Below are positions 19,266 through 29,255 of a stretch of 64,000 nucleotides of DNA, piece by piece. This DNA comes from a bacterium. GTDB taxonomy: Bacteria; Fidelibacterota; Fidelibacteria; Fidelibacterales; Fidelibacteraceae. The stretch is taken from the NCBI GenBank assembly GCA_963676395.1, contig OY781066.1, positions 2,112,001 to 2,176,000 on the forward strand. Direction: 5' to 3'. Under the pieces are notes generated by a model. That model was given only the letters and a program-made list of their open reading frames with translations. It did no database searches and was not told the DNA's origin. Every line of letters starts with the position of its first letter. Position 1 is the stretch's first letter. The position numbers were made by a program, and so were the translations under genes.

Positions 19266-22200
19266 ATGAAATCTATAAATAAAATCATTGTCCTCTTTCT
19301 TGTTATTTATTGTTCTTTCCTTTTTGCACTGGAACCTGGGGCAAAGGTAACATCCGGTAATGAAAAAGAGGTATTTTTTAGAAAACAACAAGCTATGCAG
19401 CAACCAACGATCACGGATGAAGAACGTCCTGTGCCACGAGAAGCTATCGTATCGGGTAACCAGATAAGAACTATTGTATTTGATTACGGTTCAATTGGTC
19501 ACCCCTCAAGAGAACCTTCAATGGAATGGCCTATTTATTCCGCTCACGGTTATGCATACGAATTTGGCCCTCTTGTAGGTGTTGAAGTACCCGTTGATAC
19601 AAACGGTTATTATATTTCCGCTTATTCAGGTGATGAAGGTCAAAAAGAACTCGATACGAGCGTACCGGGTTATGATACAACTTACTATATTGTAACAGAC
19701 GGTTTACTCTCCGGTGGTGGTGTACTGATGAATGAAGTCAGTCCTACTAACTATCGTTGGGGATGGGAACCATTAGATGGTTATGGAAACGATGAAAGTG
19801 AAAGCATTCCTTTATCACATAAACCTGAAACATGGAATCCCGACTGGGGTAACAACTGGCCGGGTACATACAAAGCCGGTGTTTCATCTGCAGATCAGGC
19901 GATCTATTATGAAATGGACGATCGTTACAATTTAGAATTCTACCCTGCATTTAAACCCTTTCATCCAGACGATGTAACGGCTATTGATTCTGTTAAATTG
20001 ACTTATGGTGGTACTGGTTTACATGTTGTGGTTAGAGCTTATCAGTGGTCTAACCCTGAAGCAAATGATGTGATTTTCTTTGTTTATGAAATCACTAATG
20101 AAAGTCATAATGATTACGAAAAGGTCGTATTTGGTATGTTTGGCGATCCGCATATTGGTGGATCAAACGATTATTCCGATGATATGGCTTATTTTGATAA
20201 TACCTTAAATATGGTTTACGGTTACGACGGTGATAATCGTGGTGACTGGAATGGTATTACAGGTTGGTTAGGTTATACTTTTCTCGAAAGCCCCGGTAAC
20301 CCCTATGATGGTATTGATAATGATAACGATGGCATGGTTGATGAATCTATGCAGGATGGTATTGATAATGATGGCGATTGGGATGCCGAAGTACACGATG
20401 TTGGCGAAGATGGTTTAGGACCATTAGATCCCGGTTACCCCGGTCCCGATTTTGGTGAAGGTGACGGTGTTCCAACTCCTGGAGATCCTGATGATCCTAC
20501 CAAACCGGGTGAACCGAATTTTGATGCAACTGATCTTGATGAGGCCGATCAGATTGGTTTGACTAGTTTCGATGCTTTTGAATATGGTGCATCAGGCGTT
20601 CGCTACGATAATGCTATGTGGGCAAAGATGACCCCCGAAGTTCCTTTGACTGACGATAATACGGAAATCACTCAGCGTGCGGATAATATTTTCCTTTATG
20701 GAACAGGTTACTTTCCTTTGAAAGCAGGAGATTCTCAGAGATTTTCGATTGCCTTGTTGATGGGAGTTGATAAACGTGATCTTTATGAAACGGCAAATAC
20801 GGTACAGACTATTTATGATAACGGATACCAGTTTGCTGTGGCTCCGTACAAGCCAAAACTTACGATTGTTCCAGGGGATGGACGTGTTTCATTATATTGG
20901 GATGATGCTGCTGAGAATTCATATGATCCACTGTTTGGATATGATTTTGAAGGTTATGCAATCTATCGTTCGACCGATCCGGGTTTTAATGAATGTTTAA
21001 CCATTACAAATGCATTCGGTGTTCCGACATTGCATAAACCCATTGCCAAATTTGATCTTGATAATGGTATTACCGGTCCTGCTACAGTAGGTAATGGTGG
21101 TGTTCATTATGATTTAGGTACGGACAATGGTTTGGTTCATGAATATGTTGATACCGGACTTGTAAATGGTGTTACATACTATTATGCCGTTTGTTCTTAC
21201 GATATAGGTGATACCAGTGGAATTCACAATTTAACGCCGACAGAATGTACAAAGATTATTGACCAGGATCCTTATACAAAAGAGATTACATTGGATGATA
21301 ATACAGGTATGGCGACACCTCAAAAAGCCTCACCCGGTGTACAAGCTCCCGAACTGTTTAATGGTGAGCTCGATCGTACAAAATGTAAATCGGGGACGGG
21401 TGATATTGATATTGAATTTGTTGATATGATCAATGTTAAGAGTGATATGGAATATGAGATAACATTTGAAAACAGTGGTGTTGGTGGTGATCTTGAAATG
21501 TCAGTAACCAATTTGACAACGATTTATCATGATACTATTGAAGTTGTTACTACCCTGTGGACTCAAATGAATAAAACGCAGGTTTCACATGTTGAGGCAC
21601 GTGATAATGCTGGTAATATAATTTCACCGACACTTTATAATGTGGATAATGCAATCGGTCGTATTCAATTCGATGATAGTCTTCTGAATGAAACGGTCTA
21701 CTTAACATTTAATTATAAACCAATATTTAGAACGACGTATTTGGATAAAGAAGATGGTATGCCTGTTTTTGACGGCATGAAAATTTATGTCCAAAATGAC
21801 AACTTGGAAAGAAGTGACGAAAGAAGTGGGTGGATAAACAGCGAAACTAATTTATTGTCAAGCGTTACGTTGGAATCGGATATGATCTATGCACACGACT
21901 ATAAATTGGTATGGAACAGTGCGTACGAAAGTAGTCCCACTGTATTTAATCAATATGCACCTTTCAAGGTATATGACATGTATGATACCAGTGTAGCTCC
22001 TATTTATTTTTCTCCCCATGTAAATGGTCATTATACTATTAATTCGGATATTTTTATTTTGAGTGAAGCAACGGCATCACCGGACTACAATTTATGGCGA
22101 ATTTGGTTCAAGAATCCTGTTGTGGGTGAAACGATTATGCCTCAGGATGGTGATGAGTATAGAATTACTCTGAATAGACCATTTATTGCAAGCGATACAA

Positions 22201-22592
22201 TCAGTTTCAGTACCTTACCCGCTGAGTATGATCCTTCAGAAATTGATAATCCATTGGATGCGATCGTAGTGGTGCCGAATCCTTATACGGCCCAAGCTAT
22301 TTGGGAACCGTCTAATGGTTATGTCTCGGGGCGTGGTGAAAGACGGGTTTATTTTACTAATTTACCCCCTGTCTGCACTATTAAGATCTTTACTATCAGT
22401 GGTGAACATGTGAGAACACTTGAACACAATGACGGTGGAGACGTTAATCGGGTCATGTTCGATGGATCGGAATCCTATGATCTATTGAATAAGGATAATT
22501 CCGATATTGCTTTTGGTGTATATTTATGGCAGGTAGACGCCAAAGCATCGGGATTGGGTATTAAAACAGGAAAATTTGCGGTGATAAAATGA
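19266..22592 (+). CDS. Large secreted acidic protein with FN3-like segment and CTD-like C-terminus
   Basis: Signal peptide; DGIDNDxDG repeats; GDGRVSLYWD...YYYAVCSYD FN3-like region; VVPNPY...IKIFTISGEHVRTL...GVYLW...GKFAVIK; GAGGA SD favours ATG 19266. Confidence 0.8.
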   Translation: MKSINKIIVLFLVIYCSFLFALEPGAKVTSGNEKEVFFRKQQAMQQPTITDEERPVPREAIVSGNQIRTIVFDYGSIGHPSREPSMEWPIYSAHGYAYEFGPLVGVEVPVDTNGYYISAYSGDEGQKELDTSVPGYDTTYYIVTDGLLSGGGVLMNEVSPTNYRWGWEPLDGYGNDESESIPLSHKPETWNPDWGNNWPGTYKAGVSSADQAIYYEMDDRYNLEFYPAFKPFHPDDVTAIDSVKLTYGGTGLHVVVRAYQWSNPEANDVIFFVYEITNESHNDYEKVVFGMFGDPHIGGSNDYSDDMAYFDNTLNMVYGYDGDNRGDWNGITGWLGYTFLESPGNPYDGIDNDNDGMVDESMQDGIDNDGDWDAEVHDVGEDGLGPLDPGYPGPDFGEGDGVPTPGDPDDPTKPGEPNFDATDLDEADQIGLTSFDAFEYGASGVRYDNAMWAKMTPEVPLTDDNTEITQRADNIFLYGTGYFPLKAGDSQRFSIALLMGVDKRDLYETANTVQTIYDNGYQFAVAPYKPKLTIVPGDGRVSLYWDDAAENSYDPLFGYDFEGYAIYRSTDPGFNECLTITNAFGVPTLHKPIAKFDLDNGITGPATVGNGGVHYDLGTDNGLVHEYVDTGLVNGVTYYYAVCSYDIGDTSGIHNLTPTECTKIIDQDPYTKEITLDDNTGMATPQKASPGVQAPELFNGELDRTKCKSGTGDIDIEFVDMINVKSDMEYEITFENSGVGGDLEMSVTNLTTIYHDTIEVVTTLWTQMNKTQVSHVEARDNAGNIISPTLYNVDNAIGRIQFDDSLLNETVYLTFNYKPIFRTTYLDKEDGMPVFDGMKIYVQNDNLERSDERSGWINSETNLLSSVTLESDMIYAHDYKLVWNSAYESSPTVFNQYAPFKVYDMYDTSVAPIYFSPHVNGHYTINSDIFILSEATASPDYNLWRIWFKNPVVGETIMPQDGDEYRITLNRPFIASDTISFSTLPAEYDPSEIDNPLDAIVVVPNPYTAQAIWEPSNGYVSGRGERRVYFTNLPPVCTIKIFTISGEHVRTLEHNDGGDVNRVMFDGSESYDLLNKDNSDIAFGVYLWQVDAKASGLGIKTGKFAVIK

Positions 22593-23599
22593 GAAAATAT
22601 ATTAAATACTTTTTATGCTTTATCGTTGCAATCTCTCAATTGTTTGCAACAACCAAATCAGGTACCTCTGCTGCTCAATTCCTGAAGATCGGCACTCAGG
22701 CCGGAACTTTGGGCATGGGGGAAGCCGTTGTCGCCAATCCCGTAGGTCTTTCCGCAATACAGTGGAATCCCGCCGGTTTGGCACGCTATGGTACACAGAC
22801 TGCCTCTTTCTCACAGTCAAACTGGTTGGTAGATACCGATTTTATGAATGCGGCCGCTGCCATTAATTTAGGCAGAATGGGTGCTGTCGGTTTCCAGTTA
22901 ACCATGTTGGATTACGGTGAAATGCGGGTTCGTACCGAATATGAACCCGATGGAACAGGGGAGTACTTTTCTGCTCAGGATTTTAACATGTCTTTAGCCT
23001 ATGCTAATAATCTAACTGATAGATTCTCTATTGGTGGTCAGGTTAAATATATTCAGCAGACTATTTGGCACATGAGTGCCTCAACCATCGCTTTTGATGT
23101 AGGCGCCTTGTTTACAACACCTTTCAAAGATATCCGTTTGGGTATGTCTATTACTAACTTTGGTGGTTATATGAGATTGACTGGTCGTGATATTAGTTTT
23201 TACGAAGATCCTGCTGAAGATATGTATGGTAACAATGGACATATTCCCGCTGAGTATACTATGGACAGTTGGGCCCTGCCTTTAACCTTTAGAGTTGGCC
23301 TCTCAGGCGATATTATTGATAAAGGCTATCTGCGTTGGACTTGGGCAATTGATGCGCTCCATCCCAGCGATAACACCGAATACATTAATGTGGGTACAGA
23401 ACTTGCACTTTGGAAGTTATTGTATCTTCGTACCGGCTATCGTACCATATTCATGGATGAAAGTCAGGGTGGTTTTACTGCCGGTATAGGCATGAACTAT
23501 AAATTCTCAGGGAATACAGGCGTTAATTTTGATTATGCTTTTGTATCTTACGGAGACCTTGGTTATGTAAATATGTTTACGATCGGTTTAGACTTCTAA
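22589..23599 (+). CDS. PorV/PorQ-family (UPF0164) outer-membrane beta-barrel
   Basis: GTSAAQFLKIG...MGEA...WNPAGL N-terminal signature; FDVG, NFG, LPLTFRVG; terminal F; overlaps the upstream stop (ATGA). Confidence 0.85.
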   Translation: MRKYIKYFLCFIVAISQLFATTKSGTSAAQFLKIGTQAGTLGMGEAVVANPVGLSAIQWNPAGLARYGTQTASFSQSNWLVDTDFMNAAAAINLGRMGAVGFQLTMLDYGEMRVRTEYEPDGTGEYFSAQDFNMSLAYANNLTDRFSIGGQVKYIQQTIWHMSASTIAFDVGALFTTPFKDIRLGMSITNFGGYMRLTGRDISFYEDPAEDMYGNNGHIPAEYTMDSWALPLTFRVGLSGDIIDKGYLRWTWAIDALHPSDNTEYINVGTELALWKLLYLRTGYRTIFMDESQGGFTAGIGMNYKFSGNTGVNFDYAFVSYGDLGYVNMFTIGLDF

Positions 23600-23622
23600 A
23601 CCATCTTAAAATAGTATGATAT

Positions 23623-23656
23623 GAGCACCGTGTAGAAATATGCGGTGCTTTTTTTA
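23623..23656 (+). terminator. Intrinsic terminator ending the cassette
   Basis: agcaccgtgta-gaaa-tatgcggtgct followed by a T-run. Confidence 0.8.
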
Positions 23657-23720
23657 TAGAAACTGGAAGGGAGTAAGGAGATTTTATGATCTGTGCCCCT
23701 AAGCCTTAGTAAAGGTCAAG

Positions 23721-23850
23721 TGAGGACTGCTCTAGCAGTCCAGTATTGTAGCTAAAATACACCCAAAATAGAGGGACTGTCTAAGCAGTCTAATATAATA
23801 GCTAGAATGCACTCGAAATTTAAAGGACAGCATCGCAGTCCAATATAATT
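23721..23850. repeat. About 2.6 copies of a degenerate 50-bp unit, each with a GGACTG...CAGTCC-type hairpin
   Basis: gcagtc ends at 23740, 23790 and 23840 (exact 50-bp period). Confidence 0.8.
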
Positions 23851-23944
23851 CAATTCTCAAATTTTTAATTGAATAAAAAGAAGGCCCGTCTAAACGAGCC
23901 TTGTTGTTTTGTGTCTATTTGGTGGCTGATATACCTATCCGTTA

Positions 23945-24814
23945 CTATTGCGTCGCGTATTGTTCAATGATTCCGATCTGTCTGATCGCAATGCTTACAT
24001 GTTCGGAGTTAGGGTAGTAGGTGAGTAGATTCTGGAATTCAACAATCGCTGAGCGCATTTTGCCCATCTTGAAATAACAGAAACCCAGTTTTAACTGTGT
24101 ATCATCATATTTATCAAAAGCATTGGTATCGAAAACAAGGTTGAATGCGTTGAACGCTTTTTTGTACTGACGAAGAGCATAGTAACTTTCTCCTATCCAG
24201 TACTGAATATTGCCCGCTAAATAATGTTTGGGTTGTTCCATAATAAGTGATTCGAAGATCTCAATGGCATCACCGTAGCGTTGATAATAGAATTTATTCA
24301 AAGCTTCTTTGTATCTATCCATAAAAGGATCGGTACGGACAATTTTTTTCACCTTTAGTTCGGGAACGATCACTTCAGGTTTTACGATCTTAACTTCTTC
24401 AATACGTTCTTCCGGGATGTCTTCCATCGTTGGTACGGTTTCTTGGGCAATAACTTCGGTAGCACCGAAAAAGATGGGCATGGTATTTAATTCTTGCAGG
24501 TAACCATTCATGCTGTAGAGTACACTTAAAAGTGTGTCGTACTTCATTTCCATGATGTCGTTTTCAGCTTCGATCCTGTCAAGCTGAGCGTGGAGTTTTG
24601 TCGTCCTCTGAATATAATATTCGTCCATGGAGGCGAAGGCCAAGGTCATGGTGTCTTTCATATTCTCAATTTTTTGATCAAGGACCAGAATATCTCTGTC
24701 ATTACTCTTGATGATCACAGAATTATCGCCGGTGACTTCTTTGGCTCCTGAACACGCAGAGAAGACCATAGCAACAATAAGAAAGACCATTAACGGAAAA
24801 AATACTTTTTTCAT
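23945..24814 (-). CDS. Lipoprotein with coiled coil and C-terminal CpoB/YbgF-like TPR domain
   Basis: Lipobox FSAC; LAGNIQYWIGESYY, DDTQLKLG, YYPNSE; GAGG SD before ATG 24814. Confidence 0.75.
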   Translation of the reverse strand: MKKVFFPLMVFLIVAMVFSACSGAKEVTGDNSVIIKSNDRDILVLDQKIENMKDTMTLAFASMDEYYIQRTTKLHAQLDRIEAENDIMEMKYDTLLSVLYSMNGYLQELNTMPIFFGATEVIAQETVPTMEDIPEERIEEVKIVKPEVIVPELKVKKIVRTDPFMDRYKEALNKFYYQRYGDAIEIFESLIMEQPKHYLAGNIQYWIGESYYALRQYKKAFNAFNLVFDTNAFDKYDDTQLKLGFCYFKMGKMRSAIVEFQNLLTYYPNSEHVSIAIRQIGIIEQYATQ

Positions 24815-24937
24815 GATAGACCTCGTTAAGTTTATGCTCAAAAATATCAATAAATTCCTGAGTTCCCAAAAAATATTTTATATTTTATGTGATTTTTTAG
24901 CATGTTTTTACTTATTTTATGTACAAAAGAGGTGATT

Positions 24938-25162
24938 ATGAAAGAAAAAGAAGTAAAACTGGTTGAATTTCAGAATGATATGTTGGCTGAAATGGTTAAA
25001 AACGTACTGGAAGAAAAGGGAATTTCCTTTCGAGCAAAATCAGATATCATGCAGTCTGCGCTCATTGTTGAAGGAAATGCGGCTGCCGGTGCCTTCACGA
25101 TCATTTATGTAAAGGAAAAGGACCACAAAGCGGCCGAAGAGGCAATAGCGGGAATGGTTTAG
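24938..25162 (+). CDS. Small DUF2007-like (putative signal-transducing) protein
   Basis: AEMVKNVLEEKGI...IYVKEKD...A pattern; GAGGTG SD. Confidence 0.7.
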   Translation: MKEKEVKLVEFQNDMLAEMVKNVLEEKGISFRAKSDIMQSALIVEGNAAAGAFTIIYVKEKDHKAAEEAIAGMV

Positions 25163-25172
25163 GAAAGGATCT

Positions 25173-26432
25173 ATGCAAAAACTAAGAACCATCAAAGGTA
25201 CACACGACATTCTCCCATGGGATATCTATAAATGGCAAACCATAGAAAACACGCTACGCGAGGTTTTTTCCGCTTATACGTGTAAAGAGGTCAGAACCCC
25301 GATTTTTGAACGGACACAACTTTTTGCCCGCGGAGTGGGTGAGTTCTCGGATATCGTATCTAAAGAAATGTACACATTTCAGGATAAAGGAAAAGATTCC
25401 TTGACCTTACGTCCCGAGTTGACCGCTTCCGTAGCGCGTTCTTATATTCAGCATAATTATCAACAGGAAGCTCCTCTGCATAAACTGTGGTACTTTGGTC
25501 CTTTATTTAGGCAAGAAAGACCTCAAGCGGGTCGCCAACGTCAGTTTCACCAATATGGTATCGAAATGATCGGCTCAGCGAATCCGGAAGCGGATGCAGA
25601 GGTGATTGAGATAGCTGCCGGTATTTATGCTAAATTAGGTCTTAAGAACTGGGAATTGCATATCAATTCCATTGGTAGTATCGAAGCTCGTAAAATTTAT
25701 ATGGATGTTTTAAAAGAAGCGCTTGCCGATCGTAAAGAGGAGCTTTGCGAAACCTGTCAAGGTCGATATGATGGAAATATCCTCCGTCTTTTCGATTGTA
25801 AGAATCCGGGTTGCAAAGAGATCATGCATGATCATGCACCTTCGATTTTAGATCACTTGTCCGAAGAAGACAGTGAACATTTTGAGCAAGTAAAAACACT
25901 GTTAAGCGCAGCAGGAATTGATTATGTATTAGATCATACCCTGGTTCGTGGATTGGATTACTATACACGTACTACATTCGAAATTAAAGGCACTGCCTTG
26001 GGTGCACAAGATGCACTGTGCGGTGGTGGTCGTTATGATAATTTAATTTCCGATTTGGATGGTCCTAAAACTCCGGCTGTGGGTTTTGCGGCCGGTGTAG
26101 AGCGTTTGGTTCTTGCCATGGAAGCGGAAGGTCTGTTTGACGAAGATCAAAGCTTTGTAGATCTTTATATTGCTCCAATGGATATAAATTGCTTTACGGG
26201 AATATCTCCATTTGTCCATGAATTGCGCGAAAAAGGTTATCGCGTACATGTGGAACTAATGCGTCGCTCGGTGAAAGCCATGATGCGTGATGCCAATCGT
26301 CAAAAAGCTACCTGGGTCGCCGTTATCGGAGAGCAAGAGCTTGAAAGTGGATTGATTAAAATGAAGAATATGTCAGCAAACGAACAAGTCGAAACCAGAA
26401 TTGCCGACATTGAAAAAGTCATAAACGGGTAG
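25173..26432 (+). CDS. hisS: Histidine--tRNA ligase
   Basis: KEMYTF, LRPELTA, FRQERPQAGRQRQFHQ, VRGLDYY, GGGRYD. Confidence 0.98.
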   Translation: MQKLRTIKGTHDILPWDIYKWQTIENTLREVFSAYTCKEVRTPIFERTQLFARGVGEFSDIVSKEMYTFQDKGKDSLTLRPELTASVARSYIQHNYQQEAPLHKLWYFGPLFRQERPQAGRQRQFHQYGIEMIGSANPEADAEVIEIAAGIYAKLGLKNWELHINSIGSIEARKIYMDVLKEALADRKEELCETCQGRYDGNILRLFDCKNPGCKEIMHDHAPSILDHLSEEDSEHFEQVKTLLSAAGIDYVLDHTLVRGLDYYTRTTFEIKGTALGAQDALCGGGRYDNLISDLDGPKTPAVGFAAGVERLVLAMEAEGLFDEDQSFVDLYIAPMDINCFTGISPFVHELREKGYRVHVELMRRSVKAMMRDANRQKATWVAVIGEQELESGLIKMKNMSANEQVETRIADIEKVING

Positions 26433-26435
26433 ATC

Positions 26436-27209
26436 ATGAAAAGTAATGAATATATTATGGACCATTTTAAAGGTTCACAGGCCAAGATCGGTATTGTATT
26501 GGGTTCCGGTTTAAACAATCTTTTGGATGCTGTGGATATTGAAAAGACATTGTCTTATGGTGATATCCCGGATTTTCCTCAGTCAACCGTTGAGGGACAC
26601 GAAGGAGCATTCGTGCTCGGGAAAACCAATGGTGTTTCCATTCTTGCGGCAAAAGGTCGCTTTCACTATTACGAAGGTTATGATCTGGATGAAGTCCTTG
26701 CAATTATGCGCACATTCAAGGCAATGGGTATTGAACATGTGATCATTACCAATGCCGCCGGTTTGATGAATAAAGCTTATAAACCCGGTGATATTTTACT
26801 TATCAAGAATTGCATTGATAACACGAAGTTGACAAGCGGTTTGAAAGAAGGATCAGATATCATCTCTGAAGATGAAACCGCTATCGCAAAAAAGGCCTGC
26901 GAAGTTTCGGGAGTTGCACTTGGAGAGGGGACCTATGTGTGGACAACCGGTCCATCATATGAAACACCTTCCGAGATCGATTATTTTATCTCTATCGGAG
27001 GTGATCTTGTCGGAATGTCAACGATGCCTGAAATTATGTGGGCGAGAGAGCAGGGAATGAAGGTTTATCCTTTTTCTTGTGCAACGAATTGGGCTGCCGG
27101 GATCTCGGCGCAACCACTTACGCATGAAGAGGTTAGTGAGACGGCAAATCATGTCCGTGAAGACTTGACTAATTATATTTTAACCCTTTGCAAATTAATC
27201 GGAGACTAA
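26436..27209 (+). CDS. Purine nucleoside phosphorylase (trimeric, PunA/XapA type)
   Basis: IVLGSGL, STVEGHEG, GRFHYYEG, TNAAG, GPSYET, VGMST, HEEV. Confidence 0.93.
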   Translation: MKSNEYIMDHFKGSQAKIGIVLGSGLNNLLDAVDIEKTLSYGDIPDFPQSTVEGHEGAFVLGKTNGVSILAAKGRFHYYEGYDLDEVLAIMRTFKAMGIEHVIITNAAGLMNKAYKPGDILLIKNCIDNTKLTSGLKEGSDIISEDETAIAKKACEVSGVALGEGTYVWTTGPSYETPSEIDYFISIGGDLVGMSTMPEIMWAREQGMKVYPFSCATNWAAGISAQPLTHEEVSETANHVREDLTNYILTLCKLIGD

Positions 27210-27215
27210 GAATAG

Positions 27216-29102
27216 ATGACACAACATCCCCCCGGATGTAATAGAATAGCTGGACGTACTTATTTTACTTTGTATGCCCCGTATGCAAAAAAATTACGCC
27301 TTTTAATTTATAAAAAATGCAATGATGATAAAGCCTTATTAACCTTACCAATGCGTGCGGTAAACGGTGGATTCTGGGAGTACTCGGACATTCGTGATTT
27401 TGAAGGTTTTTATTATGCCTTTCAAATGAATGAGAAGCCACAGCTTATAACGGATCCCTATGCGCGTTCGGTTTCGACGTTTAATGATCATCATCAAGAT
27501 GGGAAAGCTTATATATATAACTCCAACTTTGATTGGGGAAAAGATACCTTTATATCACCCCGTGATCCTCGTGATCTGATTATTTACGAGGCACATGTAA
27601 AGGATATGACGGCCTTAAAAGCTTCCGGAGTAAGAAAAGGTGGAACATATAAGGCCCTGATGGGCAAAATCCCTTATTTGAAAAATCTGGGGATTAATGC
27701 ACTTGAATTATTACCGATACAACTTTTTGCAAACTATGAACCTCCTTACGCAACGGGATCGGATCATAGTCGTAATACATGGAATCCCTATGCCTACAAT
27801 CACTGGGGTTACATGACGTCATATTTCTTTGCACCTGCAGGTATTTATTCAAGCAAGGGAACAAGAGAATTCGGAAAGTGGTCGGATCCCAAAGGAAAAG
27901 AGATCGATGAGTTTAAAGCTTTGGTGAAAGCTTTGCATAAAGAAGGAATTTCTGTAATCATGGATGTGGTGTATAACCACATTTCACAATTTAATAATAA
28001 TCCTTTACGTATGCTTGCTGAGGATCATTATATTGATGCTCACGCCAATAATAGCGGTTGTGGAAATGATATTAAAAGTGAATCTCCTGTGGCAAGAAGG
28101 TTGATTATCGACTCTATTCGCTATTGGATGGAAGAATTTCATGTGGATGGATTCAGATTTGATCTGGCCGGATTATTGGATGATGAAACATTGATGCAAA
28201 TTCGTCAGACCGCTATGTCGCTAAACCCGAATGCCATACTTCTTGGAGAGCCTTGGGGCAAACGTTATTTTCCACAGCGTATGAGTGATTTGAATTATGG
28301 CGTATGGAATGATGTTTACAGAAATGGTATTAAGGGCGAAAATCCTACAGATCGCTTAGGTTATATTTTTGGCCAATGGGATTATCATTTACATAAAGAT
28401 AATTTTATCAAGTTGCTTACCGGCTCACTCAGAATGGATGGTGGTATTGTTGAAGATTCACGGAATTCGGTGAATTATATTGCTTCACATGATGGTTATA
28501 CCTTAGGTGATTTCATTCGAATGGCGCTTGGACGTAAAACCACTGATATTGTTTTAACCGAAAAAGAGTTGAAAATACATAAATTGGCTGCCTTTGTTTT
28601 AGCAATGTCTCAAGGTATTATGATGATGCATGCAGGTCAGGAATTTGCCCGCACCAAGATCGTGGTTAAAGAGGGTAATGTTGTTGATGCTCTTCATGGA
28701 AGATGGGATCATGACTCTTACAATAAAGATAATGAAACCAACTATATCAATTTTGAAGAAGCTGAAATTAATGCAGATCTTAGGAAGTTCTACAAAAAGC
28801 TTATTTCACTTAGAAAAGCATTTCCTGAATTACGCTCTGCAGATAGAAAGAAAATATCGACGCTTTATGCTAAAGGCAGTGAATTTGGACTCGGATATCT
28901 GTCGCGCTCATCTAAAAGAATCTGTGCGGTTTTGGTCAATTCTTCTCCCAATTTAAATGCGGAATTTGATTTGGATCCCGGTGTTTGGGATATTTGTGTC
29001 ACACCCGAAAAAATCACGAGAAAAGGCTTTGAAAAGCGCAAAGGTGGATCGGTCGATATTCCTCCGCAAGGATTTATGTTGTTGGTGAAAAAAGTAAATT
29101 AG
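27216..29102 (+). CDS. GH13 pullulanase/glycogen-debranching-type enzyme
   Basis: IIYEAHVKD, WGY, MDVVYNH, DGFRFDLA, GEPW and SHD catalytic regions. Confidence 0.88.
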   Translation: MTQHPPGCNRIAGRTYFTLYAPYAKKLRLLIYKKCNDDKALLTLPMRAVNGGFWEYSDIRDFEGFYYAFQMNEKPQLITDPYARSVSTFNDHHQDGKAYIYNSNFDWGKDTFISPRDPRDLIIYEAHVKDMTALKASGVRKGGTYKALMGKIPYLKNLGINALELLPIQLFANYEPPYATGSDHSRNTWNPYAYNHWGYMTSYFFAPAGIYSSKGTREFGKWSDPKGKEIDEFKALVKALHKEGISVIMDVVYNHISQFNNNPLRMLAEDHYIDAHANNSGCGNDIKSESPVARRLIIDSIRYWMEEFHVDGFRFDLAGLLDDETLMQIRQTAMSLNPNAILLGEPWGKRYFPQRMSDLNYGVWNDVYRNGIKGENPTDRLGYIFGQWDYHLHKDNFIKLLTGSLRMDGGIVEDSRNSVNYIASHDGYTLGDFIRMALGRKTTDIVLTEKELKIHKLAAFVLAMSQGIMMMHAGQEFARTKIVVKEGNVVDALHGRWDHDSYNKDNETNYINFEEAEINADLRKFYKKLISLRKAFPELRSADRKKISTLYAKGSEFGLGYLSRSSKRICAVLVNSSPNLNAEFDLDPGVWDICVTPEKITRKGFEKRKGGSVDIPPQGFMLLVKKVN

Positions 29103-29255
29103 TGATCGCTTAGCGCTAGCCTGGAATCATGAATTAGGAATAAGATCTTAAGATTGATTTCAATAGACAGGAACAAGCAATTATGAAGTATTCACCCAAA
29201 GGAATTCCTCCGGGATAAGCTCCAAGCTATTTAAACCTTAACCCTTTTTACTTGT

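Noticed and set aside
14534..23599. Classical SusC/SusD polysaccharide utilisation locus
   Set aside because: The TBDR lacks SusC-type signatures, no SusD-like lipoprotein follows, and there is no CAZyme in the cassette
23721..23850. CRISPR array
   Set aside because: Fewer than three full units, degenerate repeats, inter-hairpin segments similar to each other rather than unique spacers, and no cas genes in the window
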